A DNA stretch of 64,000 nt, taken from NCBI GenBank assembly GCA_034439575.1, contig JAWXAQ010000002.1:1-64000 (forward strand). Reading direction: 5' to 3'. Under the pieces are notes generated by a model. It was not told where the DNA came from and ran no database searches. It was given only the letters and a program-made list of their open reading frames with translations. Shown here in pieces: positions 42,386-52,466 of this stretch. Source of the stretch: Leptospira sp. GTDB lineage: Bacteria > Spirochaetota > Leptospiria > Leptospirales > Leptospiraceae. Both the position numbers and the translations under genes were made by a program. Within the stretch, counting starts at the first letter, position 1, and the number at the start of each line of letters is the position of its first letter.

Positions 42386-43252
42386 TTAGTGTTTATCTAA
42401 CCATGATACTAACTCTTTTAAGACGACTGCTCGTTCTTTCGGAGTTTCGTTCATAGTCTCGTGGTACAATCCATCAAATAATTTTATAGTTTTGTCGGTT
42501 GATCCTAGTTTGGCAAATGCATCTTCTGAGCCTGAACATATTGCGATTTGATCTTCTTTTCCATGAAACATATAGATCGGTAATTTGATACGCGAAGCGG
42601 TATTGAGTGCTAGGTCATAGCAATTCAATAAAAAATCTCCAAGGTATGCGGAAACATTTCCATGAACTAATGGATCATTTACATAGGCTTCCACCACACT
42701 TTTGTCATGTGAAATCATATTAACATCTAACCCGGCAGGTATTGTGAGAGTAGGGAGAACTTTTGCAAGAAAACCACCGATACCTTTTTTAACATCCATT
42801 ACGAAATCGGTTTTTACTTTGATAGGGAGTGCACTCGTGACAAGAGCATCCAAATCATCTTGGTAATTGTCCGTTCCTGTATAAAGAAAAGTAACTGCAG
42901 CACCCATAGAGTGTCCAAGTAGAGTGACTTTTTTAACACCTTCTTTTTGTTTTGCGATATCAATGAGTTGTTTTAAGTCTACAAAAAAATCAGAAATATG
43001 ATTGATCACACCTCTTCTGCCATCGGAACGTCCATGTCCGCGTGCATCTAAAAGATAAATCGCATAACTTTTTTCTGCTAAAGCATCAAGTAAGTTCGTA
43101 TAGCGACCGCTGTGTTCACCGAAACCATGGTGAACGACAAGTGCTCTTTTGGCTCCTGACTTCGGTCGGTAAACTTGATAGTAAATTTTGCTACCATCAT
43201 TGTTTTGAAAGGTGGATTCTTCTCGTGTGTATGCTGTTTCCCAAATGCTCAT
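42386..43252 (-). CDS. Alpha/beta hydrolase, lysophospholipase/monoglyceride lipase-like
   Basis: HGFGEHSGRY, GHSMG, YHE..NE. Confidence 0.92.
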   Translation of the reverse strand: MSIWETAYTREESTFQNNDGSKIYYQVYRPKSGAKRALVVHHGFGEHSGRYTNLLDALAEKSYAIYLLDARGHGRSDGRRGVINHISDFFVDLKQLIDIAKQKEGVKKVTLLGHSMGAAVTFLYTGTDNYQDDLDALVTSALPIKVKTDFVMDVKKGIGGFLAKVLPTLTIPAGLDVNMISHDKSVVEAYVNDPLVHGNVSAYLGDFLLNCYDLALNTASRIKLPIYMFHGKEDQIAICSGSEDAFAKLGSTDKTIKLFDGLYHETMNETPKERAVVLKELVSWLDKH

Positions 43253-43399
43253 AGAATGCTAAATTCATGCAAAGAAAGGGAAAAAGAAAGAACTTTTCGA
43301 AGTGGCAGGGATCAATCTGTCTCCTAAAGGGGGAAACTCTCGACAATTTTTGTAGTCTTAATTGTTGTATTAAATAAGGAATAATTACAAGGACCCATT

Positions 43400-46300
43400 A
43401 TGTCATTTTCTAGATTCAAATTCCTTTTCCCAATTGGCTTGTTCCTTTTCGTGATTACTTCATGTATTCCCACAGTAGAAAGGAGTTTGGTTGAACTTGC
43501 GAGTTTTATAAGAACTCAGACAAATCAAACTTCGGGAAAAATTTTTGTTACAGTCAATGCTCTCCAAGGTTCAGGACTAGTTTTAAATTTAAATGAATCA
43601 GAGGATCTTAGCGTCAGTTCTAGCGGGGAAGTTTCATTTACTACGACCTTATCGCCTCGGTCAAATTATACAGTTACCATCAAAACTCAACCCACTAGCC
43701 CCTTTCAAGTCTGCTCAGTGAGTGGCGGAACGGGAACTCTCATCTCTGGTGATATCAAATCTGTTCTCGTTAATTGTGACGAAGCCACATATTCGTTAGG
43801 TGGAACCATTTCTAGCCTTGCTGGTTCAGGCCTAGTTATATCCAATAATGGAACAGACTCAGTTTCAATTTCCGCAAACGGGAGTTTTGCTTTCACAACA
43901 ACCTATAAAGTCGGAACTACCTATTCTCTATCTGTATCCTCATCGCCCACTCACCCAACACAAACTTGTACTATTTCAAACGGTAGTGGAACTTTTTCTG
44001 CGGCTAATATAAGTTCAGTGAGTATTTCTTGTACAACAACGGCACGTGCAGTGCGGGCGACAGTGACTGGTATAGGTTCTGGAACTTTAGTTCTTAACAA
44101 TAACACATCGGATTCATTAAGTATATCTTCCAATGGAAGTTTTGTTTTTAATAATGATGTTACAATTGGTGCGAGTTATGCGGTCACAATCACATCGGCA
44201 CCTACTTCCCACACTTGTGCTTTGTCTGGTGCTACCGGAACCATCGCTGGGACAGATGCTACAGTGACTGTGAATTGTTTTAGTATAGTCGCACAAACGC
44301 CTGAATCGCTTTCTGTCTTACGGACAAATCAAAGTATTTCACTTCGATTTTCGGCTTCAGTCACAGCATCTTCTTGCACATTGGGAGCAGGCAATTTAAC
44401 AACTGGTGGCACTATTTCATATTCGGTAAGTACGACTTCAATTACAGACGATACTTTGACGATTTCGACAACTACAACTTGGAATCCAGCCTCTGTTTCT
44501 CAACAAATCACATGTACGAGTGCTGCAGGCAATTCACTTGCCAATGGAACACATACTTTTCGTTATACGATTCCCTCATCAGTTAGTTATGTGAGTTCGG
44601 CATCAGGTGCCGATGGAAATTCTGGCACATCTCCTGCTGCACCAGTCCGAACCATTCAGAGAGGGATCAATGTTTTGGGTGCTTGTGGCACCCCTCCCTG
44701 TGTCGTTTATGTAGAAGACGGAACTTATGAAGCAGAAGACTTTGGCCAAAATTTTATCACTTTGTCAGTTGGTGTATCGCTTTATGGTGGCTATACGGCT
44801 GGAAGTTCTTTTGCAACAAGAAATGCGAGTGCTAGGCTCACACTCATCCAAAACAGTGCACCTACAGTTTGTGGAGCTTCCGCAATTCCGCTAACTCCTT
44901 GTAAGACGATACTTGTTCCAGGAACTGTGACAAATAATACTTTTATTGACGGTTTTAGAATTACTGGGGCGAGTACAAGTTCAGATTCGACTGCGATTTC
45001 CATTGTAGGTGGCAAACCAATTATTTCAAACAATACGATCTCTGGTGGGAGCTCAAATAATGCGGCAGGAATTATAATTAATAATTTTGGTGGCTCAAGT
45101 GCAGGTGATGGCTCGCAAGGAGCCATTGTCAATAATACCATTTCTGGAGGTAGTTGTACAGTGGCTAATTGTATCACAGCGGGAATTGTATCATATAGTA
45201 CAACAGCAGGATTATTTCCTTATGTGCAAATCAATACAATCACTGGTGGATCATGTGCTACGGCGACATGCAAAACCTATGGATTTTATTTAGGAACTGG
45301 AAATTCAGTAGATCTAAATAATTTTCGTTATAATACGATTAGCGGAGGTACAGTTTCTCCTGCTTCGACTGGAACGGAAAGCACTGGTATTTATATAAAC
45401 GATGGTTCAACGACCGGTAAGCTGTATGGAAATACAATTAACGGTGGTACGGCGGCAAATACTTCTGGCATTTATCTTGGAGTTTCTATGCCACTTGTTA
45501 TTGGGGATAGTGCGACAAAAACTGGAAATGCCATTTTTGGAGGTACTTCTAATTCAACGAGCTATGGTGTTCGTTTAGGTTCAGGTGGAAGTTTATATTC
45601 CAATTCAATCCATGCAGGAAATGTTATAGCTCCGACTGCCTCAGCAATTACCTATGGAGTTCAATCATCATCTGGTGTTGTCACATTAAATGGGAATCGA
45701 ATTTATGGAGGATCGTCAGTCGCGAATGGATCTGTATTTTCTGCCTCATATGGAGTCGCTTTGGTTAATTTGGGAGCCGCCACCATCATAGTGGGAAATC
45801 ATATATCGGCAGGGATTAGCCGAAATAATGGAACGAATAATGCGTATGCATACGGCTTACATTTAGCGCAAGTTTTTAATACACCATTAAGCGTATATAA
45901 TAATATGATTGATGGGGGAACTAGCAGTCTTGCCGTTTCTACTAATACTTCCGAATCACATGGTATATTTATATCAAATTCTACAATTGTATCGAGCATT
46001 TACTATAACACTATTTTTTCAGGTTCGGCAGAAGATATCTCTACTCCCATCACTTATTCTAATACAAATTCTCGATTTGCTGATATAAAAAATAATATTC
46101 TCTATACACAAGTAGGCGCGACAAATCGGATTTGTCTAAATCATTTTGGTACTACAGAAGCTACAAATTTGTCAGCACTTAGCGGAAATGTTTTTTATGG
46201 ATGTACAACACTTGTTAAATTTCCTACAATTTCTGCTGACCAAATTTGTGTCGGAGGAGTTGTGAGCAGTAGTGGTTGTCCCACTACAAATATTTCTACA

Positions 46301-46519
46301 CCCTCATCTCTTAATGTATATGTAGATCCTGTTCTTAGCACAACGACTACTACGTATAACATGAGTTATCGATCCTATTCCACTAGTTCACCGTGTACTG
46401 CGACTCAAATTAGCAATGTTTTGGGCGCACCTGTTGTAGATTCGCTAGGTGCGGCAAGACCTGGATCTGTTGCCGGAATTAGTGCTGGAGCATTGGAATA
46501 TAACGGATCTTGTCTGTAA
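43400..46519 (+). CDS. Large Ser/Thr-rich surface lipoprotein: three Ig-like repeats plus a right-handed beta-helix
   Basis: VITSC lipobox; repeated L..N....L.I...GSF.F...Y.V.....P...C; YVS...G.D.NSG....P.RTIQ; many N.I.GG repeats. Confidence 0.8.
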   Translation: MSFSRFKFLFPIGLFLFVITSCIPTVERSLVELASFIRTQTNQTSGKIFVTVNALQGSGLVLNLNESEDLSVSSSGEVSFTTTLSPRSNYTVTIKTQPTSPFQVCSVSGGTGTLISGDIKSVLVNCDEATYSLGGTISSLAGSGLVISNNGTDSVSISANGSFAFTTTYKVGTTYSLSVSSSPTHPTQTCTISNGSGTFSAANISSVSISCTTTARAVRATVTGIGSGTLVLNNNTSDSLSISSNGSFVFNNDVTIGASYAVTITSAPTSHTCALSGATGTIAGTDATVTVNCFSIVAQTPESLSVLRTNQSISLRFSASVTASSCTLGAGNLTTGGTISYSVSTTSITDDTLTISTTTTWNPASVSQQITCTSAAGNSLANGTHTFRYTIPSSVSYVSSASGADGNSGTSPAAPVRTIQRGINVLGACGTPPCVVYVEDGTYEAEDFGQNFITLSVGVSLYGGYTAGSSFATRNASARLTLIQNSAPTVCGASAIPLTPCKTILVPGTVTNNTFIDGFRITGASTSSDSTAISIVGGKPIISNNTISGGSSNNAAGIIINNFGGSSAGDGSQGAIVNNTISGGSCTVANCITAGIVSYSTTAGLFPYVQINTITGGSCATATCKTYGFYLGTGNSVDLNNFRYNTISGGTVSPASTGTESTGIYINDGSTTGKLYGNTINGGTAANTSGIYLGVSMPLVIGDSATKTGNAIFGGTSNSTSYGVRLGSGGSLYSNSIHAGNVIAPTASAITYGVQSSSGVVTLNGNRIYGGSSVANGSVFSASYGVALVNLGAATIIVGNHISAGISRNNGTNNAYAYGLHLAQVFNTPLSVYNNMIDGGTSSLAVSTNTSESHGIFISNSTIVSSIYYNTIFSGSAEDISTPITYSNTNSRFADIKNNILYTQVGATNRICLNHFGTTEATNLSALSGNVFYGCTTLVKFPTISADQICVGGVVSSSGCPTTNISTPSSLNVYVDPVLSTTTTTYNMSYRSYSTSSPCTATQISNVLGAPVVDSLGAARPGSVAGISAGALEYNGSCL

Positions 46520-46563
46520 ATCTCTGATTGTTTTTAGCCTCGATTTTTCCAGACTAGTCTGAG

Positions 46564-48855
46564 ATGATGATTTTGATTCTTCATTTCAGAAAAATATTTT
46601 TATTTTCATTCTTAACTTTTTTGTTTTGGCACTGTTCAGAAGATAAAAAAACAAATGGAATCTCTTACGATTTGGTGCATGAGCTAAACCAAACATCAAC
46701 CTTATCGAACGGAATTCCAAATATTTCTGATCCAATCCCTTACCATTGGAAAAAAAATCCTGGAAGGCAAAGTGCTTTGCCCGTTAGTCGCAAATGGGAA
46801 AATACTCAAATCACTTTCAATACTGATAAAAATTTATTTATCAATCATTCCTTAGATTCAATTTATTTTCCACCAAAATCAAGTTATACGTTCAAACTCA
46901 AAAACGGAAATTATCAACTGAAGGGAATGTTGGGGTTTTTGAATTCATCGCCCCAAATTAAATTAAGTTCGGGAACTTTGAAATTTTACGCAGATGGAAA
47001 GGAAGTATTTTCACAAAAATTTAATAATTCTAGAGTCGAAATATGGAATCCTATTAATCAAAATATCTCTATAAATTCGGAATTTAAAGTTCAATGGGAA
47101 AGTGAATCTGATCATTTATTTTTCGCAGAACCGTTATTATATGAAAATAATCATTCAAAAAAACCAAATGTCATTTTGATTGTTCTCGATTCGGCGAGAA
47201 AAGATTTTTTCGGAACTTACGGATTTCCTTATCAAATTACACCGCAAATGGATGCCCTCGCCAAGGAATCTATTGTATTTCAAAACCCTTTTTCAAATGG
47301 GAATTGGACAAAACCTTCGATGATGTCTTTTTTTCACTCTGAATATTCTTCTAATTTGGGGCTTGGTAATTCTTGGTTCACAACGAAACCTTACCAGCGT
47401 AAAGTATACTATGGAAAAAAAAGACCTAATTTAACAAATATTCTACGAGAAAATGGATATTATACAAAATCTATAATGAATAATGTTTTCTTTTTGGACT
47501 ATACAACCGTTGGAATCGATTTGGGTTTTCACAATACTTACCAAGTCGGAATGGATATTTTGGATACCGAAGAATTGACCAATCACGCATTGGAATTCGT
47601 ACAAAATATGAATGATACGCCTTTTTTTCTTCACTTAAATTTGAATACGCCTCATGCATCTTATGCGCCACCAGCAGAGGATATGAGCGCAGTGAAAAAA
47701 ATCATTCCGAATGATGTGTTTTATAAATATGAATCACCTGTACAGCGATATATTGGCGAGATGCATTATACTGATCGTGAAGTGGGTAGACTGATACAAA
47801 AATTAAAAGATCTTAGAATTTATGATGATACACTTATCATTCTGACAGGAGATCATGGCGAGCTCTTTAGTCCCCATCATGATTATAGTTACCACTTCAT
47901 AATGAAAACGCGCTTCGGACATGGGGAAACGCATTACGATGAAGAAATCAATGTTCCGTATTTTATAAAACTTCCGAAAACTTTAACTGCAGAAAAAAAT
48001 TTGATCAAAGGTCAATCTTCCTTGCTATCCTTGTTGCCTACAACCCTTGGCCTACTCGGAATCCCGCAGATACAATTTCATTTTAAAGGTTTAGATTATT
48101 CGGATTGTATTTTGAATTCGAATGAATGTCCGAAAGAGGATATGATTTATACAGAAGGGCGAATGTCTGAATCGGTAAGGACGGAAAAATATAAATACAT
48201 TCGAAGGTATCCTGGATTTACAACTGTTAGTAGAAAGGCTGATGGTGAACTTCATTCCATGCCAGAAGAATTATATTTATTAGATTCTGATCCAGAGGAA
48301 AAAATTAATCTTTCTACATCAGATTCATCCAAAGAGATTTTAACAAAGGTTAGGGAAGATTTTCATCAAGGAAAATTTTTGGATCGGAATCATATCCAAT
48401 TACGAATTCCAATTTGTTCACAAATTAAATGCAGAGATTCCTTGAGTATAAATTTGCAAGGCTCTATTTATGATTGGTTTTCTCCCGTTCCCTTAAATGT
48501 TAGCGGGTCTTCCGCAAAAACCTTCAATTTTGAATTGGAAAGCACAAAACAACCCGTTGAAATTTCTATTGCGACTGTTAATCCTGAATTGGAAGGTAAC
48601 TTCCAATTTTTTAGGAATGGGCAAGCTATGTCCCATCGTTTGGGTCGGTGGGGAATCGAGACTATATCCAGTAACCATAAACAGGCCGGAGATTTTATAC
48701 TTTCAGACCGTAAACCGATCGGATGGGAAACAAGTGAACTTCCTTGGGTGTATAATGATGGTTTTTTTAGTGGAACTACTGAATCCAATGTCCAAAGAGA
48801 GATGGGCAAAGAAGTGAAAAAGATTCTCGAAACTTGGGGATACATTCACGAATAA
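46564..48855 (+). CDS. Sulfatase/alkaline-phosphatase-superfamily lipoprotein
   Basis: PNVILIVLDSAR, WTKPS, PH..Y, TGDHGE, HG. Confidence 0.85.
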   Translation: MMILILHFRKIFLFSFLTFLFWHCSEDKKTNGISYDLVHELNQTSTLSNGIPNISDPIPYHWKKNPGRQSALPVSRKWENTQITFNTDKNLFINHSLDSIYFPPKSSYTFKLKNGNYQLKGMLGFLNSSPQIKLSSGTLKFYADGKEVFSQKFNNSRVEIWNPINQNISINSEFKVQWESESDHLFFAEPLLYENNHSKKPNVILIVLDSARKDFFGTYGFPYQITPQMDALAKESIVFQNPFSNGNWTKPSMMSFFHSEYSSNLGLGNSWFTTKPYQRKVYYGKKRPNLTNILRENGYYTKSIMNNVFFLDYTTVGIDLGFHNTYQVGMDILDTEELTNHALEFVQNMNDTPFFLHLNLNTPHASYAPPAEDMSAVKKIIPNDVFYKYESPVQRYIGEMHYTDREVGRLIQKLKDLRIYDDTLIILTGDHGELFSPHHDYSYHFIMKTRFGHGETHYDEEINVPYFIKLPKTLTAEKNLIKGQSSLLSLLPTTLGLLGIPQIQFHFKGLDYSDCILNSNECPKEDMIYTEGRMSESVRTEKYKYIRRYPGFTTVSRKADGELHSMPEELYLLDSDPEEKINLSTSDSSKEILTKVREDFHQGKFLDRNHIQLRIPICSQIKCRDSLSINLQGSIYDWFSPVPLNVSGSSAKTFNFELESTKQPVEISIATVNPELEGNFQFFRNGQAMSHRLGRWGIETISSNHKQAGDFILSDRKPIGWETSELPWVYNDGFFSGTTESNVQREMGKEVKKILETWGYIHE

Positions 48856-48906
48856 AAAATGCTAGAAAGCGAGTGAATCATTTTCGATCTTAACTACACA
48901 GCATTT

Positions 48907-50175
48907 ATGAAATCATCTTTCATTCCCCCTGCCTTTGATCTTCCTTTTGCATGGACTCTTGACCTGAGTTTTCCCATACTTTCAAAGTTACTTTTCAACT
49001 TAGATGGAGTAGAAATAAGTAAAGAAGACAAACGTCTGCTAAATGATCTTAAAAATAAAAGATTACTTTATCTCTCCAATCATCCATCTGATGTAGAGCC
49101 AGCTATTGCATATTATGTGGCCAATGAAATGGGTTCCCGATTTCATTTTATGGCTTCTCGTAGTATTTTCAATTGGGGCTTTGGCCTAGTCGGTGAATTT
49201 ATCAAACGTGTGGGAGCATTTTCTGTATTAACTGGAAGTGCTGATCGCGATGCGATTAAAATGGCGAGAAAGATTTTATCAGCCTCTGAGGGTAAGTTAG
49301 TTCTTTACCCAGAAGGTATGATGTCGGGTGAAAATGACAATCTCGTATCCTTTATGCCAGGTGTGGCTCAAATCGCGTTCGGTGGATTAGAAGATGCATT
49401 GAAACGAGATCCGGCGGCAGATCTTTATGTACTGCCCACGTTTGTAAAATATATCATTTCTGGTTCCAAAGAAACGATTGTTCGTGAAATTGAAAATTCA
49501 CTCCAAAGAATTGAAAGAAAATTAAAATTATACCCTGGTGGCAGAACTTTGCTTAGGCGATTTTTGACCGTTGGACGTGTGTTACTCGAAGAAACGGAAT
49601 TTGAACTTGGAGTTCCGAAAGCCGATATCGAAGGTAAAGATTTTGATTATCGTTTGGGTCGTGCTAGGCACACAGCCCTTAACCAAGCTGGAAATATACT
49701 CAATGTTAAGTTCAAAGATACAGATCATGCCATTGATAAAATTCGCCAACTTTTTACAGCACTCGATGCAATGGACGCCGGTTCTCCCTTGCCAACAACT
49801 CCTAAAGAGTTAACACCACAAAATATCCGACGTGCGAGACAATTAGTAGATACCGCTTATACTTTCCTTATCACAAGACAAAAAAGTCTGATCCAACATC
49901 CATCTGCCGAGAGATTATTCGAATGGATTATTAGTTTTGAAAGGCATGTATTTGGTAAGTCCGAAGACAGGGCTAGGCGCGCTCATGTCCTCGTTTCATC
50001 TCCAATTTCCTTAACGCCCTATCATAAAATATATCTCTCAAACAAAAGAGAGGGAATTTCTGCTTTGATGTCTGAAGTTCGTAAACAAATGGAACGATTG
50101 GTGGAGAAGGGGAAGTCTTTAACTGAACCTGTCATTCCACCATATTCAGTGGGCCTAGATATCAATATCGGATAG
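48907..50175 (+). CDS. Glycerolipid acyltransferase family protein
   Basis: SNHPSDVEP, GAFSV, LYPEG. Confidence 0.85.
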   Translation: MKSSFIPPAFDLPFAWTLDLSFPILSKLLFNLDGVEISKEDKRLLNDLKNKRLLYLSNHPSDVEPAIAYYVANEMGSRFHFMASRSIFNWGFGLVGEFIKRVGAFSVLTGSADRDAIKMARKILSASEGKLVLYPEGMMSGENDNLVSFMPGVAQIAFGGLEDALKRDPAADLYVLPTFVKYIISGSKETIVREIENSLQRIERKLKLYPGGRTLLRRFLTVGRVLLEETEFELGVPKADIEGKDFDYRLGRARHTALNQAGNILNVKFKDTDHAIDKIRQLFTALDAMDAGSPLPTTPKELTPQNIRRARQLVDTAYTFLITRQKSLIQHPSAERLFEWIISFERHVFGKSEDRARRAHVLVSSPISLTPYHKIYLSNKREGISALMSEVRKQMERLVEKGKSLTEPVIPPYSVGLDINIG

Positions 50176-50190
50176 ATTGCTTTTGATGCA

Positions 50191-51441
50191 TTAATCTAAA
50201 ATCAAAGTGATTTCGACTCTTCGATTTTTTGCACGATTTTCTTCCGTATCATTCGGGACAACTGGAACTGAATCACCATAACCATGAAAAGATATTTTGC
50301 GATCATCTAGTTTGTGTTTATCGACAAGTTCATTTAATACGGATTTGGCGCGGTCTTCGGATAATTTTAAATTATAATCTTTTTTTCCAACATTATCCGT
50401 ATGTCCTGAAACTCTGATTTCTCTTTCGGAATGTTTTTTTAAAATCTCTGAGATTCGTTTGATGGCTTCAGAGGCTTCTGGTTTTAAGTTTGAATCATTA
50501 AAATCAAATAAAATAGAATCCAATGAAAAAGTGACTCCATCATCCGTTTTTCTGACGCTAATCGGTGATTCGGTTTTTTGATTTAAGTTAAGTGGATTTG
50601 GTTGTGAAATGTCACCAACGATTAAATCTTTTAACACATCTTCTGTGAATTTATCTTTTTCTGCTGTATTTAAACTTCGACGTGTATGATAGATTCCTTG
50701 TATATCATAACTTGCTTCTTGCAGAGTACCATCAGGGAGGATAAACGTATAAGACAATTTAACTTCTTTATATTCGGGTAATCCTTTTTTGGAATCAAAG
50801 TAAACGACTCCTCTTGCGAAACCAAATATTTTATTGGGAACATTTCCCTTTCTGGGTTTTTTATCACGGTTATCATAAAAAATTGGATACGTATAACTGA
50901 TCTTATCTGTGAAACCTGATTCCTTTTGGAATTGCCATTTATCTTTTCCTAAATAACTATATTCTGGCTCGACAGCGATTTTGATGCGCTCACCAGAAAA
51001 ATCAAATGATTCTTCGGCAGGTAACTTCCATGAATCTCCAACATTTAGTTCCGTATCGGGAAACGTGGGAAAACTTCGCAAATTCGGCATAACATATTCA
51101 TCTGGTACTTCATACTTTCCATTGCGAAAGATGGTAAATTGGGAATCGAACTTTTTATCTTTTTGGAATGGCCCTTCTGTTTTTCCAAATCGTATATAAG
51201 TATCAAACCATGCTGAGACTTGGCAGCCTAAGTTATCACATTTGCTTGTCTTTAAGAGAACTCGGTTGCGATCTTCTCTTGATACACTTCGATTGCCGAC
51301 ACGAAAAAAAACATCATGGTATTCGTTTAGTTCAAGAATTTGGTTATCTGACCATTTCCATTGAAATTTAGTAGGTTGGGTTCCTTCGGCAAAAATGTCC
51401 AAAGAAAGGAGAAAGAGGATACTTACGACAAAAGTTCTCAC
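50191..51441 (-). CDS. OmpA-family peptidoglycan-binding protein
   Basis: ILFDF, GHTD..G...YN..LS..RA, NRRVEI; signal peptide. Confidence 0.92.
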   Translation of the reverse strand: MRTFVVSILFLLSLDIFAEGTQPTKFQWKWSDNQILELNEYHDVFFRVGNRSVSREDRNRVLLKTSKCDNLGCQVSAWFDTYIRFGKTEGPFQKDKKFDSQFTIFRNGKYEVPDEYVMPNLRSFPTFPDTELNVGDSWKLPAEESFDFSGERIKIAVEPEYSYLGKDKWQFQKESGFTDKISYTYPIFYDNRDKKPRKGNVPNKIFGFARGVVYFDSKKGLPEYKEVKLSYTFILPDGTLQEASYDIQGIYHTRRSLNTAEKDKFTEDVLKDLIVGDISQPNPLNLNQKTESPISVRKTDDGVTFSLDSILFDFNDSNLKPEASEAIKRISEILKKHSEREIRVSGHTDNVGKKDYNLKLSEDRAKSVLNELVDKHKLDDRKISFHGYGDSVPVVPNDTEENRAKNRRVEITLILD

Positions 51442-51548
51442 CTTCCCATCATCGGGGTTTTTGAGAAAAAGTAAATATGTCTTAGAAAAAACGGCTCAGA
51501 TTTTTTCGGATTGACGGATGGTTTAAAATCGGACATTCCCACTTTATC

Positions 51549-52466
51549 ATGAAAAACCTACTGATACTTTTTTACATTTTGATTACATTCACTTTCTCCT
51601 CATGTAAAGAGAAAGAAACACTTAAAATTGCCGGTTCCGAAACGATGAATGTCATGTTTAAGTACATTGGTGCGGAATATGAAGAAACCAATTCAGCAAT
51701 TAAAATCAAAGTTGAGGGTGGTGGGTCAGAATCTGGTATCGATAGACTCAGGAAAGGTGAAATCGACATAGCTATGTCTTCACGTGATTTAAACCAAATG
51801 GAATTTGAAGACCTTCGTCGAACAGGAAATTTAGAAAAGATTAGAATTGCTTACGATGGCATTGCAATTGTTGTTAATCAGACAAATAAACTCGAAAAAC
51901 TACACCTAACACAAATTTCAGATATTTTTTCTGGCAAAACCAAAAACTGGAAAGAGTTAGGTGGTAAAGATGAAAAGATTCAACTTGTTATCAGGAATGA
52001 TAAATCAGGTACTCAAGATTATTTTGAAAATCATATACTTAGACAAAAAGATTTATCACTTGCAGATTTTGAGAAAAACAAAAGTCTAAAACTCGATCCT
52101 TCTGCCAAAATAGTAAAAGACAATTCTGAAATGGCTGACTTTGTTAAGGCAAATCCATCTGCCATAGGTTATATGGGAATGGGAAGTGCGATTATCGATA
52201 ACAAAGAAAAGGTGAAAGCTCTCAATTATGCGAGAAAACCATCCGATCCATATGTTTTACCTTCTATAACAAACGTTTATGATAGAAAGTATCGTTTGGC
52301 GAGAGAATTATTTGTCGTATATAAATCAGACCAAGGCGGAAAAGTGGATGCTTTCCTTTCCTTTTTGACGGGTGAAGTAGGACAAGCCTTGGTATTAAAA
52401 TCTGGATATTTACGTGCTAGTCTGCCAGAAGTAGAAGTCAATAGTTCACAACCTAGCCCTAAGTAG
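51549..52466 (+). CDS. pstS: Phosphate ABC transporter substrate-binding lipoprotein
   Basis: GSET, GGGSESG, SSR, R...SGT; TFSSC lipobox; no pstCAB nearby. Confidence 0.8.
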   Translation: MKNLLILFYILITFTFSSCKEKETLKIAGSETMNVMFKYIGAEYEETNSAIKIKVEGGGSESGIDRLRKGEIDIAMSSRDLNQMEFEDLRRTGNLEKIRIAYDGIAIVVNQTNKLEKLHLTQISDIFSGKTKNWKELGGKDEKIQLVIRNDKSGTQDYFENHILRQKDLSLADFEKNKSLKLDPSAKIVKDNSEMADFVKANPSAIGYMGMGSAIIDNKEKVKALNYARKPSDPYVLPSITNVYDRKYRLARELFVVYKSDQGGKVDAFLSFLTGEVGQALVLKSGYLRASLPEVEVNSSQPSPK

